Source: Actinomycetota bacterium (lineage in GTDB: Bacteria; Actinomycetota; Acidimicrobiia; IMCC26256; PALSA-555). From it: a DNA stretch of 64,000 bases. The stretch spans positions 57,574-121,573 of the forward strand of contig VGBR01000001.1 of NCBI GenBank assembly GCA_016870355.1, in the 5' to 3' direction. Below, piece by piece: positions 1-8,890 of this stretch (position 1 is the stretch's first letter; each line of letters opens with the position of its first letter). The position numbers were made by a program, and so were the translations under genes. Under the pieces are notes generated by a model. The model was not told where the DNA came from. It searched no databases and saw only the letters and a list, made by a program, of their open reading frames with translations.

Positions 1-89
1 ACGCTTTCCAAGCGTGCCGATTCGGCCGCTCTCGCATCCCTCCCGGAACGGTCGATCGTAGGTGGCAGGGATAGCCTCTTCCCGGCGGA

Positions 90-355
90 CCGTGCTAGGC
101 GGGGAGCTCGTGGTGCCCTGTACCCCCAATCCACGCACGGGGGGCTGAACTCCCACCCGAGGCCCGGACCGTCGCATGATCGGTCCCGGCGTCGCGTCGA
201 GGGCCGGGTCCTGCGCAACGGGATCCCGCGAACCGAGTCAGGTCCGGAAGGAAGCAGCTCTCAGCGGATCGTCCCGTGTGCCGCAGGCACACCTGGCCTG
301 AGTGGCGTCGGATCACCGCTCCGCGACGAGCCCGAGTCGACGGTGGGTGCACGGT
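90..355 (+). ncRNA. ffs: Signal recognition particle RNA, large (Alu-domain-containing) type
   Basis: The 5' end CCGTGCTAGGCGGGGAG...GGTGCCCTGTACCCCCAATCC resembles the Alu-domain start of large bacterial SRP RNAs. The S-domain core GTCAGGTCCGGAAGGAAGCAGC lies at 237-258 and is followed by GTGTGCCGCAGG. The 3' GCACGG (349-354) is complementary to the 5' CCGTGC (90-95). The position upstream of dnaX is typical. Ends are approximate. Confidence 0.8.
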
Positions 356-361
356 CCGCAC

Positions 362-1375
362 TCAGGCGGGCGCGCAGGACTCCGCGAGCTTGAGGACCAT
401 CAGCCATTCGCCCTCGCCGAGGGCCACCACCTGAGGGTCGGTCGCCCCGGTGCCCTCTGGGAGCTCCAGGTCGAACCCCTCAACGAGCTGCCACGTCGCA
501 CCGTCGTCGTCCGAGTCGTACACGACGAGCGCGCCGCCGGGAACCTGCTCGAACCCGTACAGGCGCAGTCGCCCGTCGTCGAGGGTGATCGGTCCGGTGG
601 TGCCCACTCGCGTCAGTGACAGCGGACCCGCCTCGGTGAAGGTGCGCCCGTCGGCGCTGTGCGCCACGAGCGTGGCACCACCGCCGAACACGTACATCAC
701 CCACGCGTCGCCGACGGCGAAGACGTCCGGGTCCACGAGACCGGTGCCGGTCAAGGCCGGGCCCTCCTGCACGAAGTGCTCCCCGTCGTCGGAGATCGCG
801 CTGTACACCGTGTGCTCCTCACCAGCATCGATATGCCCGTGGACGGGGCTGCCGAAGTAGTAGAGCCGGATGCGGCCGTCGGGCAGCACGACGAGGTTGG
901 GGTCGAGCACCTTGGTGTCCTCGGGGAGCCCTTCGATCGAGAAGTCGGCGGGCTCGAACGTGCGCCCGCCGTCGGTCGATCGCAGGAGCGCGGCCGTCTC
1001 CGGCGGCGTCGATGCGTCCACGAAGACCAGCAGCACATCGCCGTCCGCGGTCACCACCGCGTCCGGCACCGACGCGTGCTCGGCGACCGCATCGTCTGCG
1101 AGCGTCCACGCCAGGCCGTCACCGCTCGTCGCGCGCAGGACGCGGTGCTCGCGCGGTCCCATGCTGCAGGGTCCGGCGGCACCGGTCGGAGCCAGCGCGG
1201 GTGGGTCGGGCACGGGATCGAGCGCGGGAGCGCTGGTCGGGACGGTCGTGGGTGACGTCGCACGCTCGGAGTCCTCGTCAAACGCGACGACCGCTGCCGC
1301 GGTGGCGAAACCGCCGAGCGCAAGGGCCGCTCCGACCGCGACCACCCAGCGCGGGAGCACCACCGTGTGAGCCAT
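362..1375 (-). CDS. Membrane-anchored BNR/Asp-box repeat protein (sialidase-fold-like), function unknown
   Basis: 337-aa ORF with an N-terminal TM helix (WVVAVGAALALGGFATAAAVVAF). Asp-box-like motifs STDGGRTF, SADGRTF and SDDDGATW are present. GC3 is high. Confidence 0.6.
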   Translation of the reverse strand: MAHTVVLPRWVVAVGAALALGGFATAAAVVAFDEDSERATSPTTVPTSAPALDPVPDPPALAPTGAAGPCSMGPREHRVLRATSGDGLAWTLADDAVAEHASVPDAVVTADGDVLLVFVDASTPPETAALLRSTDGGRTFEPADFSIEGLPEDTKVLDPNLVVLPDGRIRLYYFGSPVHGHIDAGEEHTVYSAISDDGEHFVQEGPALTGTGLVDPDVFAVGDAWVMYVFGGGATLVAHSADGRTFTEAGPLSLTRVGTTGPITLDDGRLRLYGFEQVPGGALVVYDSDDDGATWQLVEGFDLELPEGTGATDPQVVALGEGEWLMVLKLAESCAPA

Positions 1376-1451
1376 TCGGGGAACGTACGGGTACTCGCCT
1401 GAACGAAACCTGAGAGTCTGGGAGCCGGCGCGGCGTGGGTACAGTCGGCGC

Positions 1452-3281
1452 GTGGCCTATGAGTCGCTGTATCGAAAGTACCGGCCGCAGCGCTTCGACG
1501 AGCTCGTCGGCCAGGAGCACGTCACGACGGCGTTGCGCAATGCGGTGCGCAACGAGCGTGTCGGCCATGCCTATCTGTTCTCCGGACCCCGCGGCACGGG
1601 CAAGACCACGACCGCGCGAGTGCTCGCGAAGGCGCTCAACTGCACGAACCGTGGGGCCGAAGGCGAGCCGTGCGGCGAGTGCGAGAACTGCTCAGCGATC
1701 GCGGCCGGCACCTTCCTCGATCTGTTCGAGCTCGACGCGGCCTCGAACCGCGGCATCGACAACATCCGCGACGTCATCGAGAGCTCGACGCTCGGCATGG
1801 GCGCCGGCGCCAAGACGAAGGTGTACGTGCTCGACGAGGTCCACATGCTCACGGATCCGGCGGCGAACGCGCTGCTGAAGACGCTCGAGGAGACGCCCGG
1901 ACACGTCGTGTTCGTGCTCGCGACGACGAATCCCGAGAAGGTGCTCCCCACCATCCGTTCGAGGACGCAGCACTTCGAGTTCACGCTGCTGTCGATCGAG
2001 CAGCTCATCACCCGGCTGGCCGATCTGTGCGCACGTGAGGGCGTCGAGGCGGATGCCGATGCGCTGGCGGTGATCGCGGCCGCGGGAGCAGGGTCGGCGC
2101 GCGACGCAGAGTCGCTGCTCGACCAGGCGCTCGCGCACGAGACCGGCGCCCTCGAGGCCGAGGCCGTGGCGGCGCTCTTCGGTGGCGCACCCTTCCCCTT
2201 GCGGGCTCGGATCCTCGAGTCGATCGCCGGCGAGGACGCGCCGGGCGCCCTCGTGGCGCTGGGCGAGCTGCTCGAAGCCGGTCACGACCCCCGTCGCGCG
2301 GCCGAAGACCTCCTCGGCAGCGCCCGTGATTCGTTCCTCCTCACCGCCGGGGCCGGACGCGTGCGCGTCGACGCCCCGGAGGACGAGCAGGAGCGGCTGC
2401 GCGGGCTCGGGCAGGCCCTCGGCAACGCCGCGCTCGTGCGCGTGATCGAGACGCTCGGGCAGGCGATCACCGACATGCGGGGTACCGAGGCTGCCGATCC
2501 GCGACTCGTCCTCGAGGTCGCGTTGGTTCGGCTGAGTCGCCGTGATGCGGGCCCGCCGTTGCAGACGGTCATCGAGCGCATCGAGCGACTCGAGCGCGGC
2601 ATTGGCCCCGCGGCGGCCGCGCCGACTGCACCAGCCGCGCCGCCCGCTGCCTCGACGCCGCGCGCCCCGCGCCGCACGCTCGGTGCCGTGCGCTCGCAGC
2701 AAGCCGCGGAGCCGACCGCGCCCGCTGACGCACCGTCGGACCCGGCACCAGAGCCTGGGCCACCACCCGAACCGGCACCACCGACGGAGCCGGCGGCATC
2801 GTCGGAGCCCACGCCACCGCTCGATCTCGACGACGTGATCGTCGCGTGGGGATCGATCCTCCCCGGCCTCCCGGTTGCGACTCGCACCGCGGTGCAGAAC
2901 GCACAGCCGCTGCGCGTCGACGGTGACATCGTCATCTTCGGGGTGCCGTCCGCAGTGATCGAAGCAGCCAGGCCGCGCTTCAAGAAGGAAGCCGACACGA
3001 TCCGCGACGCGCTCGCGCGCGATCTCGGCCGCACGGTGCGCTTCAAGCTCGAGTCCACCGACGCGTTCTCCCTCGGCGGCGGGTCGCCCGCGAGTCCGGC
3101 GCCTTCAGCCGAGCCCGAGCCCGGGCCGTTGCCGACCGACGACGAGATGGCCGACATGGTGGACATCGACCTGTCGTCCGCGCCCGACGCGTCGGCGGGT
3201 GCACCCTCGTCGGTCACCCGTCTGCAGCAACAGCTCGGCGCTACCGTCGTCGAAGAGCTTTCGCGCGACGCTGGAACCTGA
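1452..3281 (+). CDS. dnaX: DNA polymerase III subunit gamma/tau
   Basis: N-terminus YRKYRPQRFDELVGQEHV and Walker A GPRGTGKTT. Zinc module CGECENC. Pro/Ala-rich linker and a tau-like C-terminus. GTG start. Confidence 0.95.
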   Translation: MAYESLYRKYRPQRFDELVGQEHVTTALRNAVRNERVGHAYLFSGPRGTGKTTTARVLAKALNCTNRGAEGEPCGECENCSAIAAGTFLDLFELDAASNRGIDNIRDVIESSTLGMGAGAKTKVYVLDEVHMLTDPAANALLKTLEETPGHVVFVLATTNPEKVLPTIRSRTQHFEFTLLSIEQLITRLADLCAREGVEADADALAVIAAAGAGSARDAESLLDQALAHETGALEAEAVAALFGGAPFPLRARILESIAGEDAPGALVALGELLEAGHDPRRAAEDLLGSARDSFLLTAGAGRVRVDAPEDEQERLRGLGQALGNAALVRVIETLGQAITDMRGTEAADPRLVLEVALVRLSRRDAGPPLQTVIERIERLERGIGPAAAAPTAPAAPPAASTPRAPRRTLGAVRSQQAAEPTAPADAPSDPAPEPGPPPEPAPPTEPAASSEPTPPLDLDDVIVAWGSILPGLPVATRTAVQNAQPLRVDGDIVIFGVPSAVIEAARPRFKKEADTIRDALARDLGRTVRFKLESTDAFSLGGGSPASPAPSAEPEPGPLPTDDEMADMVDIDLSSAPDASAGAPSSVTRLQQQLGATVVEELSRDAGT

Positions 3282-3304
3282 CGCGAGCCACTCGGGAGAG
3301 CACC

Positions 3305-3661
3305 GTGGCCAAGCAGAAGCCGACCGGCGGTCAAGGCGCGCCGATGGACCAGATGATGCGCCAAGTGCAGAAGATGCAGGCCGACATGGCCGCGGCGCAG
3401 GCGGCCCTCGCCGACGAGACCGTCGAGGTGTCAGCCGGCGGCGGGATGGTGAAGGCCGTCGTCACTGGCACCGGCGAGATCCGCTCGGTCTCGATCGACG
3501 CCAAGGTCGTGGATCCCGACGACGTCGAGATGCTCGAAGATCTCGTCGTGTCGATCTGCAACGAGGCGCAACGCGCGGCGCAGACGCTCCAGAGCCAGCG
3601 CATGGGCGCGGTCGCCGGTGGTCTGGAGCTCCCCCCGGGTCTCGACGGCCTGCTCGGCTGA
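3305..3661 (+). CDS. ybaB: YbaB/EbfC family nucleoid-associated protein
   Basis: 118 aa. MQKMQADMAAAQAAL...VEVSAGGGMVKAVVTG is typical of the family. Canonical dnaX-ybaB-recR order. Confidence 0.9.
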   Translation: MAKQKPTGGQGAPMDQMMRQVQKMQADMAAAQAALADETVEVSAGGGMVKAVVTGTGEIRSVSIDAKVVDPDDVEMLEDLVVSICNEAQRAAQTLQSQRMGAVAGGLELPPGLDGLLG

Positions 3662-3692
3662 GCCGACGGACTTCTGAGCTGACGAGGCGACG

Positions 3693-4298
3693 TTGGCGAT
3701 CTTCGAAGGACCGGTCCAGGCACTCATCGATGAGCTCGGCCGACTCCCCGGAGTGGGCCCGAAGTCGGCGCAGCGCATCGCGTTCTACCTCTTGAAGGTC
3801 GCGCCCGAGGATGCGAACCGCCTTGCCACGGCGATCAGCGAGGCCAAGGCTCGCGTCACCTGGTGCCGTCGTTGCTACAACCTGGCCGAAGGTGAGCTGT
3901 GCACGTTCTGCCGAGACGACCGGCGCGATCCTTCGCTGCTGTGCGTCGTGCAAGAGGCACCCGACATCGTCGCCGTGGAGCGCACGCACGAGTTCCACGG
4001 GCGGTACCACGTGCTGCAAGGCGCGATCTCCCCGATCGAGGGCATCGGCCCGGAGCAGCTGCGTGTGAAGGAGCTGCTCCGACGGGTGGAGGAGGAAGGC
4101 GTGAAGGAGGTCATCCTCGCGACCAACCCGAACATCGAAGGTGAGACCACCGCGATGTACGTCGCCCGCGCGCTGAAGCCGCTCGGCGTGCGCATCACCC
4201 GCATCGCCAGCGGCCTCCCCGTCGGCGGTGACCTCGAGTACGCCGACGAGGTGACGCTCAGCCGCGCATTGGAAGGCCGCCGAGAAGTCGACGCGTAG
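3693..4298 (+). CDS. recR: Recombination protein RecR
   Basis: 201 aa. HhH motif [14 protein letters not shown], zinc finger CRRCYNL...CTFC, and a Toprim region [21 protein letters not shown] start. Confidence 0.95.
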   Translation: MAIFEGPVQALIDELGRLPGVGPKSAQRIAFYLLKVAPEDANRLATAISEAKARVTWCRRCYNLAEGELCTFCRDDRRDPSLLCVVQEAPDIVAVERTHEFHGRYHVLQGAISPIEGIGPEQLRVKELLRRVEEEGVKEVILATNPNIEGETTAMYVARALKPLGVRITRIASGLPVGGDLEYADEVTLSRALEGRREVDA

Positions 4299-4324
4299 GC
4301 GCGTCGCTTGGCGTCAACCTGGCG

Positions 4325-4690
4325 TCAGGGCGTGAGCGGTCGCGACGCACCGTTGGCTTCGCCGAGGACCGCGCCGTACACGAGGTACGGACCCCAGACG
4401 ACGACGCCTTCAGGCCCGACGTCCTTGTCGATCTCGCCGTAGCGCCGGATGTAGCGCGCGAAGCCGAGCCACAGCGCGCGCTGGCGCCACCCGGCGTCGG
4501 TGAGGGTCCACCCTGAGAAGAACGACACCACCCACGCCACGACCTGCACGCCCATGACGATGCCGACGTAGACGACGGGTTCGGTGAAGAAGAAGATCCC
4601 TGCGCCGACGCCGGTGGTCGACAGCGCGCCGGTGAGCGGCAGCAACGGCATCCAGCGCGTCACCAACCCCTGTTCGCGGGCGCGCTTCAC
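4325..4690 (-). CDS. Membrane protein fragment resembling a DUF2207 C-terminal region; same frame as 4733..4972
   Basis: 121-aa ORF with 2-3 TM helices and a W..GF.RYI......VWGPYLVYGAVLG pattern. It lies in the same reading frame as the upstream lipoprotein-like ORF, separated only by one TGA (4733-4735) and 14 sense codons. Confidence 0.5.
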   Translation of the reverse strand: MKRAREQGLVTRWMPLLPLTGALSTTGVGAGIFFFTEPVVYVGIVMGVQVVAWVVSFFSGWTLTDAGWRQRALWLGFARYIRRYGEIDKDVGPEGVVVWGPYLVYGAVLGEANGASRPLTP

Positions 4691-4732
4691 CGCGTCGCGT
4701 CGGAAGCCCGTCCACCAGCGCGTCGGTCCACC

Positions 4733-4972
4733 TCAGACCCGCCCCTCGATCACGCCCTCGGGGGTCGCGCGGCGACGGAGCTCGTCGAGCACGATCTGCT
4801 CGTAGCGCTGCTCGACGTGGATCCCTCCCGCCACGTCGAGTGTGATCGCGACCCGCACTCGATCGATCTGCGACTGCCGCCCGTCGACGTCGAACTCGAT
4901 CTCCGGACGGCAACCGACCGCGAGCAGCAGCAGGGCCACGCCGAGCGCGATTCGTCCCGCGAGTCCCCGCAC
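4733..4972 (-). CDS. Lipoprotein-signal N-terminal fragment (DUF2207 N-terminal-like), ends at an in-frame TGA
   Basis: The GTG at 4972 gives RGLAGRIALGVALLLLAVGC (lipobox-like LAVGC). The track's longer start at 5077 would overlap the thiolase gene. See the finding on the in-frame TGA. Confidence 0.4.
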   Translation of the reverse strand: MRGLAGRIALGVALLLLAVGCRPEIEFDVDGRQSQIDRVRVAITLDVAGGIHVEQRYEQIVLDELRRRATPEGVIEGRV

Positions 4973-5003
4973 GGGTGCTGTGACGTCGAGGTGGCGCAGC
5001 CGG

Positions 5004-6188
5004 TTACAGCGCGCGTACGACCGCAGCGTCGCCTTGGCCGCCGCCGCCGCACAGCGCGGCCGCGCCGAGCGCGCCACCGCGTCGGCGCAGCTCGTTGACG
5101 AGCGTGATCACCAAGCGAGCCCCCGACATGCCGATGGGGTGGCCGAGCGCGATCGCCCCGCCGTTGACGTTGACGACGTCATCGCTGATCCCGAGATCCT
5201 TCATGGATGCCAGGCCGACCGCCGCGAACGCCTCGTTCAGCTCGAACAGGTCGACCTTGGAGACCGGGGTGTCGACCTGTTCCAGCGCCCGCTTGATCGC
5301 GCGCGATGGCTGGGTGAGCAGGGAGGTGTCGGGCCCGGCCACCATCCCGAAGCTCACGAGCTCGGCCAGCGGGGTCGCGCCGAGCTCCTCCGCCTTCTCG
5401 GTGCTGGTGACGACGAGCGCCGCCGCACCATCGGAGATCTGCGAGGCGTTGCCGGCGGTGATCGCACCGTCCTTCTCGAAGGCTGGCTTCAGCGCACCCA
5501 GCGACTCCGGGGTGGTCTCGGGCCGTACGCCCTCGTCGCTCTCGATCACGATCGGGTCGCCCTTGCGCTGGGGGATCTCGGCCGGGGCGATCTCCTCGGC
5601 GAGGCGGCCCTCCTTCGCCGCGGCCGCGGCGCGCTCGTGGCTCTTCGCCGCGGCGTCGTCCATCAGCTCCCGCGTCAGCCCGCCGAACTCACCGACGTAG
5701 CGCTCGGTTCCGGAACCCATGTGCACCGCGTCGAACGCACACCACAGGCCGTCCTGGATGAGTGAGTCGACGACCTCCCCGTTGCCCATGCGATAACCCG
5801 CGCGTGCGTTGGGCAGCAGGTACGGCGAGTTCGTCATCGATTCCATGCCGCCGCACACCACGACCTCTGCGTCATCGGCCTGCACCATCTGGTCGGCGAG
5901 ATAGATCGCGTTGATGCCGGAGAGGCACACCTTGTTGATCGTGATCGCGGGAACGGTCATGGGGATCCCCGCCTTCGCGGCCGCTTGACGCGCGGTGATC
6001 TGACCCTGACCGGCCTGGAGCACCTGTCCCATGATCACGTAGTCGACCTGCTCGGGACCGACGCCGCCGCGCTCCAGCGCGGCCTTGATCGCCATCCCAC
6101 CGAGATCCATCGCGGTCAGCGACGAAAGCGCGCCCGAGAACTTGCCGATGGGCGTGCGAGCCGACGAGACGATCACAGAGCCGGGCAT
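5004..6188 (-). CDS. Acetyl-CoA C-acetyltransferase (thiolase II)
   Basis: 394 aa. SARTPIGKFSG, active-site region NKVCLSGINAI, and C-terminal NGGAIALGHPIG...GGGQG. Confidence 0.95.
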   Translation of the reverse strand: MPGSVIVSSARTPIGKFSGALSSLTAMDLGGMAIKAALERGGVGPEQVDYVIMGQVLQAGQGQITARQAAAKAGIPMTVPAITINKVCLSGINAIYLADQMVQADDAEVVVCGGMESMTNSPYLLPNARAGYRMGNGEVVDSLIQDGLWCAFDAVHMGSGTERYVGEFGGLTRELMDDAAAKSHERAAAAAKEGRLAEEIAPAEIPQRKGDPIVIESDEGVRPETTPESLGALKPAFEKDGAITAGNASQISDGAAALVVTSTEKAEELGATPLAELVSFGMVAGPDTSLLTQPSRAIKRALEQVDTPVSKVDLFELNEAFAAVGLASMKDLGISDDVVNVNGGAIALGHPIGMSGARLVITLVNELRRRGGALGAAALCGGGGQGDAAVVRAL

Positions 6189-6207
6189 CGAGTCTCCTGT
6201 TCCAAAT

Positions 6208-6256
6208 CCTGTCCGAGGTGTGTGCCAGTCCGAAGGTTCTTGCCTGTCGGAAGGTG
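6208..6256. promoter_or_regulatory. Three direct repeats in the thiolase/ccr divergent intergenic region (candidate operator)
   Basis: CCTGTCCGAGGTG (6208-6220), CCAGTCCGAAGGT (6225-6237) and CCTGTCGGAAGGTG (6243-6256), spaced about 17-18 bp apart. Confidence 0.25.
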
Positions 6257-6359
6257 GTTGCGATCGTAGTGAAGCGTGAGGCGCTTGGCTTCAGCGAGGT
6301 CCCGTTCATCGACGCGGTACGGCAGGCATGGCGGCGAGGCCGACGCGTAGCCTCCGGGC

Positions 6360-7706
6360 ATGGCTACCCAGATTGACGCGATCCGCACCGCGATCCTCGA
6401 AGGCGCTCCCGCCGAGGACATCGCCGCACTCCCGCTGCCCGAGTCGTATCGGGCCGCGGTCGTGCGGGCCGACGAGCAAGAGATGTTCGCCGGCCTGGCG
6501 TCCGACGAGAAGGACCCGCGCAAGTCGGTGCACGTCGACGACGTCGCGCTGCCCGAGCTCGCGCCCGACGAGGCCTACGTCGCGATCATGGCGTCGTCGA
6601 TCAACTTCAACACGGTGTGGACGTCGATCTTCGAGCCGCTCCCGACGTTCGGTTTCCTCCAGCGCTTGGCCAAGGAGAGCGAGTGGGCCAAGCGCCACGA
6701 CCAGCCGTTCCACCAGATCGGGTCGGACGCGTCCGGTGTGGTGCTGCGCGTCGGCTCCGCGGTGCGCAACTGGAAGCCCGGCGACCTGGTGACCGTGCAC
6801 AGCAACTACGTCGACGACCAGGACCCATCGGCGCACGACGATTCGATGTTGGCGACGAACCAGCGCATCTGGGGGTTCGAGTCCAACTATGGCGGTCTGG
6901 CCGAGATCGCCCTGGCCAAGGCGAACCAGCTGATGCCGAAGCCCGCGCACCTCACGTGGGAAGAAGCTGCAGTCAATCCACTGTGCAACTCCACGAGCTA
7001 CCGCATGATCGTCAGCCCGAACGGCTCAGGCATGCACCAGGGTCAGCGGGTCTTGGTGTGGGGCGCGGCGGGCGGCATCGGCGCGTACGCGGTCCAGTAC
7101 GTGCTCAACGGCGGGGGCATCCCGATCGGGGTGGTGTCGTCGCCGGACAAGGTCGAGCTGCTGCATGAGCTCGGGTGCGAGCACGTCATCGACCGCAAGG
7201 CCGAGGACTACAAGTTCTGGAAGGACGAGCACACCCAGGACCCCGGTGAATGGCGCCGCCTCGGCAAGAAGATCCGCGAGCTCTCCGGTGACGACCCCGA
7301 CATCGTGTTCGAGCACCCCGGTCGCTCGACGATGGGCGCGTCGGTGTTCGTCACCAAGCGGGGCGGGATGATCATCACCTGTGCCGCGACGAGCGGCTTC
7401 ACCATCGAGTACGACAACCGCTACCTCTGGATGATGTTGAAGACGCTCAAGGGCTGTCACTACGCGAACTACCGCGAGGCGTGGGAGGCCAACCGCCTGG
7501 TCTGCGACGGCAAGATCCACCCGGTGATGTCGAAGGTGTTCCCGTTCGACGAGACCGGTGAAGCCGCGTACCAGGTGCACCACAACCAGCACGAGGGCAA
7601 GCTCGGCATCCTTGCCCTCGCGCCCGAGGAAGGCTTGGGCGTGACTGACCCCGAGATGCGCGAGCGACTGCTCCCGAAGATCACGCTGTTCAGGAGACAC
7701 TCATGA
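6360..7706 (+). CDS. ccr: Crotonyl-CoA carboxylase/reductase
   Basis: 448 aa, collinear with Streptomyces CCR as I recall it. Shared motifs include LPLPESYRA..V..DE.EMFAGL, DPRKS.H.DDV, SSINFNTVWTSIFEP, RIWGFESNYGGLAEIALAK, YDNRYLWM and YREAWEANRL. Confidence 0.9.
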   Translation: MATQIDAIRTAILEGAPAEDIAALPLPESYRAAVVRADEQEMFAGLASDEKDPRKSVHVDDVALPELAPDEAYVAIMASSINFNTVWTSIFEPLPTFGFLQRLAKESEWAKRHDQPFHQIGSDASGVVLRVGSAVRNWKPGDLVTVHSNYVDDQDPSAHDDSMLATNQRIWGFESNYGGLAEIALAKANQLMPKPAHLTWEEAAVNPLCNSTSYRMIVSPNGSGMHQGQRVLVWGAAGGIGAYAVQYVLNGGGIPIGVVSSPDKVELLHELGCEHVIDRKAEDYKFWKDEHTQDPGEWRRLGKKIRELSGDDPDIVFEHPGRSTMGASVFVTKRGGMIITCAATSGFTIEYDNRYLWMMLKTLKGCHYANYREAWEANRLVCDGKIHPVMSKVFPFDETGEAAYQVHHNQHEGKLGILALAPEEGLGVTDPEMRERLLPKITLFRRHS

Positions 7707-8128
7707 GCGAGTCCTCCAAGAGTGAAGGCGTGCTCACCGAGATCGACCATGTCGCGATCGCGGTGAACGATCTCGACGCGGCCGTCACCTACTACCAGGA
7801 CACGTTCGGCTGCGAAGTCGCGCACAGAGAAGTGGTTGAGCGCGATGGGGTCGAAGAGGTGCTCCTGAAGGTGGCCGACTCCTATGTGCAGCTCTTGACT
7901 CCGATCCGCGACGACTCGCCGGTCGCGAAGTACCTGGAGAAGAAGGGTGAGGGCATCCACCATGTCGGCTATCGCGTCGCTGATTGCGCGACCGCCTTGG
8001 ATCGGGTGAAAGCGCAGGGCCACAAGGTGATCGACGAGGCCCCCCGCCCCGGCAGCCGGGGCACCACCGTGGCCTTCGTCCACCCAAAGACGGCCTACGG
8101 CACCCTCATCGAGCTCGTCGAGGAATAG
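7703..8128 (+). CDS. mce: Methylmalonyl-/ethylmalonyl-CoA epimerase (VOC family)
   Basis: 141 aa. IDHVAIAV.DLDAA...GEGIHHVGYRV is typical of the family. Its ATG overlaps the ccr stop (ATGA), indicating coupling. Confidence 0.85.
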   Translation: MSESSKSEGVLTEIDHVAIAVNDLDAAVTYYQDTFGCEVAHREVVERDGVEEVLLKVADSYVQLLTPIRDDSPVAKYLEKKGEGIHHVGYRVADCATALDRVKAQGHKVIDEAPRPGSRGTTVAFVHPKTAYGTLIELVEE

Positions 8129-8286
8129 CCCGAGCACATTTCTCTTCAACAGGTGCGCACTGACGCGCGCGCTCGAAAGGTAAAGGCTCGAGACTGCGAG
8201 TCAAGCGCGGGCATCCGAACTGCCGATCTCTCCTTTCGTAGATCGTCAGTGGGCACGTCTGGGCACATCTACATCTGGGTGGAAAA

Positions 8287-8817
8287 ATGGGTGGAGGGGC
8301 ACGCATGCAGCGTCGGCGTCGAATCGTGGTGGCAGCGCTTGCACTCACGCTCGTGCTGGGTGCGGCGGCGTGCAAGCCGAAGCCCGCGCCGGCGCCGCCT
8401 CCGCTTCCGCCGGTGCTCAACTGCTTCGACAGTGGGACCGGCGCACTGACGATCGCGCAGTGCCACATCAACTACGCGACGTATTCGATCGACCCGAATC
8501 CGTTCGCACAGACCGTGGCCGCCACCATCGCCGCCTCTGGCACCTGCGCCAACCTCGGCTCCAAGCACACGCCCGGCGCGACGCTGCTCGCCGTGTATGC
8601 GGGCGCCACGAGCGTGGGCGAGAACCTGTTCTGCTCGTGGACCTCGTCGGGCATCTGCCCGTCGAACGCTCAAGGCGCGACCAGCGCGCTCAACGGATGG
8701 CTGAACAGCCCCGGGCACAAGGCGAACATGGACGGCTTCGCCGGGGCATCGGTCGTCGGCGGGGCGGCGTGCAATGCGGGTGTGTACGTCGCGGTCGCTC
8801 AGTTCCACCGTCCGTGA
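8287..8817 (+). CDS. CAP/SCP-domain lipoprotein
   Basis: Signal plus lipobox [24 protein letters not shown]-like motifs GENLF and [11 protein letters not shown]. An alternative ATG at 8305 has the better GGAGGGG RBS. Confidence 0.75.
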   Translation: MGGGARMQRRRRIVVAALALTLVLGAAACKPKPAPAPPPLPPVLNCFDSGTGALTIAQCHINYATYSIDPNPFAQTVAATIAASGTCANLGSKHTPGATLLAVYAGATSVGENLFCSWTSSGICPSNAQGATSALNGWLNSPGHKANMDGFAGASVVGGAACNAGVYVAVAQFHRP

Positions 8818-8890
8818 CCCTGGACTGAGCCCGGCTCCGAGCGAGCCGACCAATCGCCCCACAGGTCCCTCCCACTACGCTCGTTCCCCC

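Noticed and set aside
95-180. A possible tRNA (TGGTG...GGGGGCTGAACTCCCACC looked like acceptor and T-arm pieces) or an 88-aa minus-strand ORF at 95..361.
   Set aside because: No cloverleaf can be folded. The sequence fits the Alu-domain 5' half of a large SRP RNA, and the ORF is antisense to that RNA.
1452-3281. Programmed -1 frameshift site in dnaX (as in E. coli gamma/tau).
   Set aside because: I saw no A-rich slippery heptamer such as AAAAAAG in the gene, and no support from the sequence.
4691-4735. A bacterial SECIS element downstream of the in-frame TGA.
   Set aside because: Only a weak, mismatched hairpin is present and there is no redox motif around the TGA. It is kept as a hypothesis in the findings but not annotated as a selenoprotein.
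8129-8286. A lower-GC 158-bp leader upstream of the CAP-domain lipoprotein as a possible riboswitch (for example the cyclic-di-AMP ydaO type seen before cell-wall genes).
   Set aside because: I could not recognise the conserved ydaO core or any other riboswitch consensus by eye. This would need a covariance-model search.
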